64,000 nt of DNA, taken from assembly GCA_043800705.1 (NCBI GenBank), contig JAZDMS010000040.1, positions 10,378-74,377 on the forward strand. Reading direction: 5' to 3'. Shown in pieces: positions 57,198-64,000 of the stretch; the stretch's first letter is position 1, and the number at the start of each line of letters is the position of its first letter. This DNA comes from Candidatus Altiarchaeota archaeon. GTDB lineage: Archaea > Altiarchaeota > Altiarchaeia > IMC4 > SCGC-AAA252-I15. Made by a program: the position numbers and the translations under genes. The notes under the pieces are model-generated. The model saw only the letters and a program-made list of their open reading frames with translations, was not told the origin of the DNA and did no database searches.

Positions 57198-57688
57198 CCT
57201 GCGACCCCCCTTATGAGCATGATCCTCTTCCTTTTGCAGACGTCCTGAAGCGTCTCGTTGAGTCTCCCCATCCTCCCCTCGTCGATGTTCACTGTCATGA
57301 GCACCGCGGACTCCTCGTCGGGGTTGGCCATCCGCACCTCGATGTTCCGCACCAGCCCTACCTTGTTGATCTGGTCTATTGTGTCCTGGAGGTCCTGGTC
57401 TATGACGTGGCCTACGAGTATGAAAGACAGCCTCTTCTTGCGGTTGTACCTGTGGCCTTCGACCTTCACTTCCCTGTATTCGACCTTCTCCTTCTTGAAG
57501 GCTTCGAGTATCCTGTTGAGGGTCTCGTCGTCCTTGGCCTTGAAGGAGACGTTGACGTCCACCAGGTCGCCCTTTCCGCGGCTGTGGAGAACGCTGACTA
57601 TGTTGCCTCCATTAGCCGATACGGGCTCCAATGCCCTCACAAGGGCTCCAGGGACGTCTCTCAGCCCCAACACCATCTCTACGAACAT
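57194..57688 (-). CDS. ACT-domain protein (archaeal homoserine dehydrogenase regulator-like)
   Basis: L.D.PG.L..AL.P....GGNI.SV.H.R and LVGHVID.D..DTID motifs; overlaps hom. Confidence 0.85.
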   Translation of the reverse strand: MFVEMVLGLRDVPGALVRALEPVSANGGNIVSVLHSRGKGDLVDVNVSFKAKDDETLNRILEAFKKEKVEYREVKVEGHRYNRKKRLSFILVGHVIDQDLQDTIDQINKVGLVRNIEVRMANPDEESAVLMTVNIDEGRMGRLNETLQDVCKRKRIMLIRGVAG

Positions 57689-57754
57689 GTTGCTCCCACT
57701 ATTATTCCATTTTGTCGTTAAAACTGAGAAATAGGTTGCAGGAGGCCGTACAGT

Positions 57755-58630
57755 TCATTCTTTCAAGGCCGCCAAGAGCAGGTCCCTGCCTTCCTGGTAT
57801 ACCGGAACCCTTCCTGTGATGTCAAGGGTTTTGGTGCTGTGGTATGACAACGCCTCGTTCACGTTTGCCACGGTCAATCCCTCGAGCCGTATCCTCCTCG
57901 TCTCCGGGTTCATCCCCGCAAAGGTGCGGATCTCATCGTCGGATGCGGGTTGAAAGTCGTTGTCTCCCCTGTAGATTCTTCCCTCTATGAAACCGAGCCT
58001 GCTGTCGCCATTTGCCACTCCCCTTATCATGGAATGGATGAACATCTTTTGGACTGCCTGCCCGCCTGCTTCGGCCTGTCCTATCACTTCCCTGGCCTTG
58101 CTGGCCAGGCTTTCGACGACTTTAGGTTCTCTCACGATCCGTGCAGGCCTTTTCAGGAGCATTCTCCCCTCTGTGTCGGGAACGTTCATGGGAAACCTCT
58201 GCCAAGGCGCCGAAGCCAATGCCTTAGGGACGTCATTATCTAGGATCTCATTCGACACGTTTCCTGCCGCGTCCATCCCGATTCGCGTAAAAGTCGCGGG
58301 TATGTGGCTTTTTTCGTCATAGAAGCCGTCGGGGACAGAATAGGCCAAATCCTTGATTTTGCCGTCCCTGCCGTATGTCACTTTAACTCCGTCAAGCACC
58401 GGGTTGGCGACCGCTGCAGTCCTTCCTCCGTCAGCATTCTGCACGGGATTCACCTCCACGAGCGGCATGCCGCCTTTGACTGCCGCCCAGGCACTGGTCA
58501 GGAATTTTTTCCCGTCCGTCAGGGTCTGCCTGTCCGTCCACGCGCTAATCTGCATCCTCGTGAGGTCTTCCCTAATCCTATCCAACGGGTCAGCCTGTCC
58601 TCTCCTTTCTCCCGTAACCTCTATCGCCAT
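57755..58630 (-). CDS. Hypothetical protein
   Basis: About 291-aa ORF; no recognisable motif. Confidence 0.55.
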   Translation of the reverse strand: MAIEVTGERRGQADPLDRIREDLTRMQISAWTDRQTLTDGKKFLTSAWAAVKGGMPLVEVNPVQNADGGRTAAVANPVLDGVKVTYGRDGKIKDLAYSVPDGFYDEKSHIPATFTRIGMDAAGNVSNEILDNDVPKALASAPWQRFPMNVPDTEGRMLLKRPARIVREPKVVESLASKAREVIGQAEAGGQAVQKMFIHSMIRGVANGDSRLGFIEGRIYRGDNDFQPASDDEIRTFAGMNPETRRIRLEGLTVANVNEALSYHSTKTLDITGRVPVYQEGRDLLLAALKE

Positions 58631-58690
58631 GATATTTATCCGATGGATAAGCATAAAAGGGCGCTATTATCCTCCCCATTCCTTTTATTT

Positions 58691-59803
58691 ATGATGCTAT
58701 TGCGCAAGCGACAGCCCATTGACTCCCTAAAGGACGGAAACATGGTTGATGACGTCTTCGCCGTGAAGCTGAAGAAGGGCGTCCAGCCCTATGCGAAAGG
58801 CCACACGTTCCACCTACTGCTCACGGACTCCAGCGGCAGGAGCATCGACTACAAATACTGGGGCGGACCGGACGCCGCCAAGGTGAAGGCATTGTACGAC
58901 AGCATCCCCTCCGACGGCGTCGTCCATGTCCTGGGGAAGGTGACGACCTATCAGGACAAGCCGCAGATATCCACCAACGAACCTGACACGGTCCGGTCAT
59001 TGGCGGAAGGGGAATACGACAGTTCGGACTTCATCCCAGTCGCAAGGAGGGACGTCGAGGCCATGTGGGCGGAACTGGAAGGCCTCATCGGCGGCGTAAA
59101 GGACCCAGCGACAAGGGAACTCCTCGAAACGGTGTTCAACGACCCCCGGATACGGGAGAAATTCAAGAATCACCCCGGCGCAATAGAGATACACCACAAC
59201 TGGGTCGGCGGCCTCATGCAACATACCCTCGAAGTCGCGGAATATTCCCTTTTGAGCAGGAAGCTCTTCCCAGACCTCGATATGGACATACTCGTCGCAG
59301 GCAGCCTCCTGCACGACATCGGCAAGCTTGAGGAGATAGAAGTCAAGGCGAGGATCAAGGGCACCAAAAAAGGCCAGCTGAAAGGCCACATCTCGCTGGG
59401 ATATGCCTTTGTCTCGAAGGTAATCGATAGGCTATGCTCTGACGAGGCGGTTTCCAGTTCTCAGTTTCCAGTCTTGACGGAAAACCGAAAACCGAAAACC
59501 GAAAACGGAAAACCGAAAACCGAAAACGGAAAACCGAAAACCGAAAACGGAAAACCGGAAACAGAAGACCCTCGGCAGGAGAAATATGATAAAATTCTCC
59601 ACATCGTCCTCAGCCACCACGGCAGCCTCGAATACGGGAGCCCGAAGCCGCCGATGACGCCGGAGGCCTTCGCAGTATACTACGCGGACGAGATGAGCTC
59701 GAAGCTGGCGGAGATAACCGACTACGTGAAATGGGCGAGGGAGAACACCGACGACGACTTCATGTACCACAAAAGGCACCAGAGGAACATACTCCTAGAT
59801 TGA
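58691..59803 (+). CDS. OB-fold + HD-domain protein (YhaM/Cbf1 3'-5' exoribonuclease family) with in-frame repeat insertion
   Basis: LTD.SG OB fold, P.A...HH...GGL..H, LLHDIGK, GHI, SHHG...YGSP..P.TPEA and AD motifs. Confidence 0.88.
   Translation: MMLLRKRQPIDSLKDGNMVDDVFAVKLKKGVQPYAKGHTFHLLLTDSSGRSIDYKYWGGPDAAKVKALYDSIPSDGVVHVLGKVTTYQDKPQISTNEPDTVRSLAEGEYDSSDFIPVARRDVEAMWAELEGLIGGVKDPATRELLETVFNDPRIREKFKNHPGAIEIHHNWVGGLMQHTLEVAEYSLLSRKLFPDLDMDILVAGSLLHDIGKLEEIEVKARIKGTKKGQLKGHISLGYAFVSKVIDRLCSDEAVSSSQFPVLTENRKPKTENGKPKTENGKPKTENGKPETEDPRQEKYDKILHIVLSHHGSLEYGSPKPPMTPEAFAVYYADEMSSKLAEITDYVKWARENTDDDFMYHKRHQRNILLD
59449..59570 (-). repeat. Palindromic heptamer-repeat element, copy C (inside a CDS)
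   Basis: (AGTTTCC/AGTTCTC)n-AGTCTTGACG-(GAAAACC/G)x11 plus 2 degenerate units. Confidence 0.9.
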
Positions 59804-59842
59804 ATCTTGTGTGCAGGTATCTGTCTTTTACATCTGTTTTTC

Positions 59843-59943
59843 AGCCTGCAGTCTACAGTTCTCAGTTTCCAGTTCTCAGTCTTTGCCGAGAACCGTAAAC
59901 CGGGAACCGAAAACCGTAAACCGAAGACTGGAAACCGGAGACT
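59843..59943 (-). repeat. Palindromic heptamer-repeat element, copy D
   Basis: (AGTTYYC)n-AGTCTTTGCC-(GRRAACC-like)n between convergent stops. Confidence 0.8.
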
Positions 59944-59949
59944 TCCAAC

Positions 59950-61326
59950 TTAGCCCCTGTACCTCAGCAGTTCATCGATCCTGTGCAGCTGCACGATGTT
60001 GGTCGTAGGCTTGTCCGTGTATAGTCCTGCCGTGAAGAGGACGAGGTCGTTCTTGCGGACGAGGCCCGCCTTGGCGCAGAACTTGGCTATCCTCAGGATG
60101 CGGTGGCTGTGCTTGAAGTATTCGTGGTAAGCCGGGGTGACTGCGTAGACGAGGTGCAGTCTCCTGCACACGGCCTGGTCGTCGGTTATGGCTATTATGT
60201 CCTTTCCTATCCGTGAGTCCGATATCAGCATCGCAGTGTATCCGGACCTTGTGGCGACGACAATCTTGTCGACGTCGACTGTGTCGATGGCGGCGGCCAC
60301 GGCCCTCGTCATCGCAAGCGGTATCTTGTCGTGTATGTCCTCAGCAAGGGTGTTCCTTGGCATGTGGGTCTCTACCTCGAGCGCGATCTTCGTCATGGTC
60401 TTCACCGACTCCACAGGGTATTTCCCGACAGCTGATTCGCCTGAGAGCATCACGACGTCCGATCCGTCGAGTATGGCGTTGGCGACGTCGCTCGTCTCCG
60501 CCCTCGTCGGTTCGGGGCTGTTCTCCATGCTCTGCAACATCTCCGTAGCCACAATGGATAGCTTCCCCTTTCTGTTGACCTTATTGATGAGGTCCTTCTG
60601 GATGAGTGGAATCCTCTCCGGAGGTATCTCTATCCCGAGGTCTCCGCGGGCGATCATGAGGCCGTCGCATGCGGCCAATATCGCGTCGGCGTTGTCGACG
60701 CCCTCCTGGTTCTCGATCTTGGCGATTATGCCGGCCTTGTATCCGCCGAGGGCCCTCTTCAGGTTGGCTATGTCCCTCTCGTCCCTCGTGAACGACAGGG
60801 CGACGTAGTCCAGCTTCAACTCCTTCACGAGCCTTATGATGTCCAGGTCGTTGTCGGACAGGGTCGGGATCTTCAGCTTCCTCCCCGGGATGTTCACGCC
60901 TCCGCCGTCCTTGAGGACGCATTCCTCGCAGACCGTCAGCCTTATGCGGCCGCCTTTTTTGGCGGAGACCTTAGCCGACACCCTGCCTTTGTTCAAGAGT
61001 AGTTCGTCGCCTATCCTAAGCTGGCTGAGGATGTTCCTGTTGAACGAGACCTCATCCCCTTTATCGGATCCTATCCACACCGAGCCCCCCTTTTCGACCT
61101 CGATGCTGTTCCTGCATTTGAGCCTGATCTCGGGGCCTTTGAGGTCCATGAGCACGGGGATGTCGGCGACTTTTCGGATGGTGTCGGCAACCTTCCGATA
61201 TTCGTCCACTGTCCCGAAGGCGGTGTTGATCCTTACGCCGTTCATCCCGGCCTTGTGCATCCTCGTCAGGACCCCCCTGTCCGACGATGCCGGGCCGATG
61301 GTGCAGAGGATCTTTGTTTTTTTCAT
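59950..61326 (-). CDS. pyk: Pyruvate kinase
   Basis: KTKILCTIGPAS, DLKGPEIR, AKIE, MIARGDLG, PTRAE.SDVANA and MLSGESA.GKYP motifs. Confidence 0.96.
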   Translation of the reverse strand: MKKTKILCTIGPASSDRGVLTRMHKAGMNGVRINTAFGTVDEYRKVADTIRKVADIPVLMDLKGPEIRLKCRNSIEVEKGGSVWIGSDKGDEVSFNRNILSQLRIGDELLLNKGRVSAKVSAKKGGRIRLTVCEECVLKDGGGVNIPGRKLKIPTLSDNDLDIIRLVKELKLDYVALSFTRDERDIANLKRALGGYKAGIIAKIENQEGVDNADAILAACDGLMIARGDLGIEIPPERIPLIQKDLINKVNRKGKLSIVATEMLQSMENSPEPTRAETSDVANAILDGSDVVMLSGESAVGKYPVESVKTMTKIALEVETHMPRNTLAEDIHDKIPLAMTRAVAAAIDTVDVDKIVVATRSGYTAMLISDSRIGKDIIAITDDQAVCRRLHLVYAVTPAYHEYFKHSHRILRIAKFCAKAGLVRKNDLVLFTAGLYTDKPTTNIVQLHRIDELLRYRG

Positions 61327-61459
61327 GATATGCTTAGTATTCGTCCTCGGATTAAATATAATGCCTTTTTAGCCTTCGTCGCCCAGCGGAAACCTGGGTA
61401 TTTTTAAGCCCGTTTTCATAATTACAGAGACTATTCGCTTTATCCAAAGGTAATGTAAA

Positions 61460-64000
61460 ATGGCAAACAAATGGGTTTATTTTTTCGGCAACGGGAAGGC
61501 TGAAGGCAACGTCAAGATGAAGGACCTCCTTGGGGGCAAGGGCGCGAACCTCGCGGACATGACCAACGCGAAGCTGCCAGTACCGCCCGGATTCACGATT
61601 ACGACGGAGGCGTGCATATACTACTCCGCGAACAAGAAGTGGCCGCAGGGCCTGGACAGGAACGTCGCAGAATACATGCGGAAGCTTGAGAAGGCGACCG
61701 GCAAACAGTTCGGCTCCGATAGGAACCCTCTGCTGGTATCCGTACGCTCGGGCGCGAGGGCTTCGATGCCTGGCATGATGGACACGGTATTGAACCTTGG
61801 GCTCAACGACAAGACAGTTGTCGCCCTCGGGAAGAAGACCGGCAACGAAAGGATGGCGTGGGACAGCTACAGGCGGTTTATCAACATGTTCGGCGACGTC
61901 GTCATGGGCGTCAGCCACGAGTTCTTCGAGCACGAGATGACGCAGCTGAAGAGGGCCCGCAACGTCAGGCAGGACACCGACCTCACGACCGAAGACCTCA
62001 ACGCGCTCGTCCAGACGTACAAGGAGGTCTTCAAGAAGCACGCCAGCACCATCTTCCCCGACGACCCGATGAAGCAGCTGGAGCTCTCGATCAACGCGGT
62101 CTTCCGCTCATGGGACGGCAAGCGGGCGATAGCATACCGGCGGATGAACAACATACCCCATACGTGGGGCACGGCCGTCAACGTGCAGTCCATGGTCTTC
62201 GGGAACATGGGCGACACCTCTGGGACGGGCGTCGGATTCACGAGGAACCCGGCCACCGGAGAGAGGGAACAGTACGGCGAATGCCTCATCAACGCGCAGG
62301 GAGAGGATGTTGTCGCAGGGATAAGGACCCCGCAGCCCATCGAGAGCCTGAAGGAGGTTGTCCCGCAGGCGTACAAGGACCTCGTCGACGTCTACCAGAA
62401 GCTGGAGAGGCACTACCGGGAGATGCAGGACTTCGAGTTCACCATCGAAGAGGGCAAGCTCTACATGCTGCAGACCAGGACCGGAAAGAGGACCGCCCAG
62501 GCCGCCATCAGGATTGCAGTGGAAATGGTCGGCGAAAGGCTGATATCCAGGGCGGAAGCCATATTGAGGGTCCCAGCGGACCAGCTTAACCACCTCCTGC
62601 ACAAGCAGATAGACACGACCCAGAAGCTCAACGTCATAGCGAAGGGCCTGCCCGCGTCGCCTGGTGCGGCTGTCGGCCAGGTCGTCTTCACCGCAGAGGA
62701 CGCCGTCGAATGGGCCCAGACGAAGGATGCGAATGTCATCCTCGTCAGGAACGAGACCAGCCCCGAAGACATCGAGGGCATGGACACTGCGAAGGGCATC
62801 CTGACCGCGAAGGGCTGCATGACCTCCCACGCAGCAGTCGTCGCCAGGGGAATGGGCAAGTGCTGCGTCGCAGGATGCGAGGCCATCAGCGTCGACGAGA
62901 AGGCCAAGAAGTTCACGGTCGGCGGCAACGTCATAAGGGAAGGTGACGTCATCTCCCTCAACGGCTCTACCGGCGAGGTAATCCTCGGAGCAGCGAAGCT
63001 CGTCGAGCCGAAGGTCTCAGGAGAGTTCGCGATATTCATGGGATGGGCTGACGGCATCAGGACGCTCGGAGTCAGGACGAACGCGGACACCCCGAAGGAT
63101 GCCAGGGTCGCACGCGAATTCGGAGCGGAAGGCATAGGCCTGTGCAGGACCGAGCACATGTTCTTCGAAGCCGACAGGATCAAGGCAGTGCGGGAGATGA
63201 TCCTCGCCGAGGACCTCGAGGCTAGGCGCGCCCCGCTCGCGAAGCTCCTGCCGATGCAGCAGGGCGACTTCGAAGGCATATTCGCGGCCATGGACGGGCT
63301 GCCTGTCACCATCAGGCTCCTGGACCCGCCGCTGCACGAGTTCCTGCCGACCCACGACAAGGACATAAACATGCTCGCACAGGAGATGGGCGTCCCGAAG
63401 GAGAAGCTCGAGGCGAAGGTAAGAAGCCTCCACGAGCTGAACCCGATGCTCGGACACCGCGGATGCAGGCTCGGGATAACGTTCCCGGAGATAACCGAGA
63501 TGCAGGCGCGCGCCATATTCCAGGCCGCAGTCGCGGTCAAGAAGCAGGGCGTCAAGGTCTACCCCGAGGTCATGATACCGCTGATAGCGGACGTCAACGA
63601 ACTGAAGGTCTGCAAGAAGATCATCGACGACGTCGCAGCGGAGGTCATGAAGGAGCTCAAAGTCCCCTACAAGGTCGGGACCATGATCGAGATACCGAGG
63701 GCCGCGTTGACCGCGGGCAAGGTCGCGGAAGTCGCCGAGTTCTTCAGCTTCGGCACCAACGACCTGACCCAGATGACTTACGGCCTGTCCAGGGACGACG
63801 CCGGGAAGTTCATCCCCTACTACACGGAGAAGAGCATCTTCGAACGCGACCCCTTCCAGCAGCTTGACCGGGTGGGCGTAGGCCAGCTCGTCGAGATGGC
63901 GGTCAAAAACGGACGCGCCACGAAGGCGGACCTGAAGTGCGGAATCTGCGGCGAACACGGCGGCGAACCCGCCTCAGTCATGTTCTGCCACGACATCGGC
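61460..64000 (+). CDS. ppdK: Pyruvate, phosphate dikinase (3'-truncated by window)
   Basis: MANKWVYFFG...LLGGKGANLA, VPPGFTITT, SVRSGAR.SMPGMMDT, TSHAAVVARG, GIGLCRTEHMF, FSFGTNDLTQ, GICGEHGG; absent from the ORF track because it has no stop in the window. Confidence 0.97.
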   Translation, partial: MANKWVYFFGNGKAEGNVKMKDLLGGKGANLADMTNAKLPVPPGFTITTEACIYYSANKKWPQGLDRNVAEYMRKLEKATGKQFGSDRNPLLVSVRSGARASMPGMMDTVLNLGLNDKTVVALGKKTGNERMAWDSYRRFINMFGDVVMGVSHEFFEHEMTQLKRARNVRQDTDLTTEDLNALVQTYKEVFKKHASTIFPDDPMKQLELSINAVFRSWDGKRAIAYRRMNNIPHTWGTAVNVQSMVFGNMGDTSGTGVGFTRNPATGEREQYGECLINAQGEDVVAGIRTPQPIESLKEVVPQAYKDLVDVYQKLERHYREMQDFEFTIEEGKLYMLQTRTGKRTAQAAIRIAVEMVGERLISRAEAILRVPADQLNHLLHKQIDTTQKLNVIAKGLPASPGAAVGQVVFTAEDAVEWAQTKDANVILVRNETSPEDIEGMDTAKGILTAKGCMTSHAAVVARGMGKCCVAGCEAISVDEKAKKFTVGGNVIREGDVISLNGSTGEVILGAAKLVEPKVSGEFAIFMGWADGIRTLGVRTNADTPKDARVAREFGAEGIGLCRTEHMFFEADRIKAVREMILAEDLEARRAPLAKLLPMQQGDFEGIFAAMDGLPVTIRLLDPPLHEFLPTHDKDINMLAQEMGVPKEKLEAKVRSLHELNPMLGHRGCRLGITFPEITEMQARAIFQAAVAVKKQGVKVYPEVMIPLIADVNELKVCKKIIDDVAAEVMKELKVPYKVGTMIEIPRAALTAGKVAEVAEFFSFGTNDLTQMTYGLSRDDAGKFIPYYTEKSIFERDPFQQLDRVGVGQLVEMAVKNGRATKADLKCGICGEHGGEPASVMFCHDIG

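Noticed and set aside
59449-59570. CRISPR array interpretation of the heptamer repeats (also 30563, 42949, 59843)
   Set aside because: Contiguous 7-nt units with no unique spacers, and no cas genes in the window

Overview
High-GC archaeal chromosome segment, probably Altiarchaeota (inferred from SepCysS with a small upstream partner gene, Nop5, Sec61beta, type-2 IPP isomerase and many Thr/Ser-linker surface proteins). Core genes include hppA (partial), a P-type ATPase, pscS, thiM/thiE/thiL, guaA, PAC2, SRP RNA, ftsZ, apgM, nop5, a glycogen cluster, trmI, proS, idsA/fni, hom, a YhaM-like HD protein, pyk and ppdK (partial), interleaved with single accessory genes. I found no integrase, transposase, rRNA, tRNA or CRISPR array. 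Three signals stand out. (1) Short, diverged but function-preserving duplicates of core-gene ends recur beside accessory genes or hairpin elements: a thiL-5'::guaA-3' chimera, a synonymously recoded PAC2 tail, a synonymously recoded GH57 start, the SRP RNA 5' end and a C/D sRNA 3' half. These suggest an integrase-free route of cassette acquisition at gene ends. (2) A four-copy palindromic heptamer-repeat element occurs, with one copy in frame inside the HD-protein gene. (3) An unannotated C/D box sRNA has two guides that appear to target the 23S peptidyl-transferase centre.
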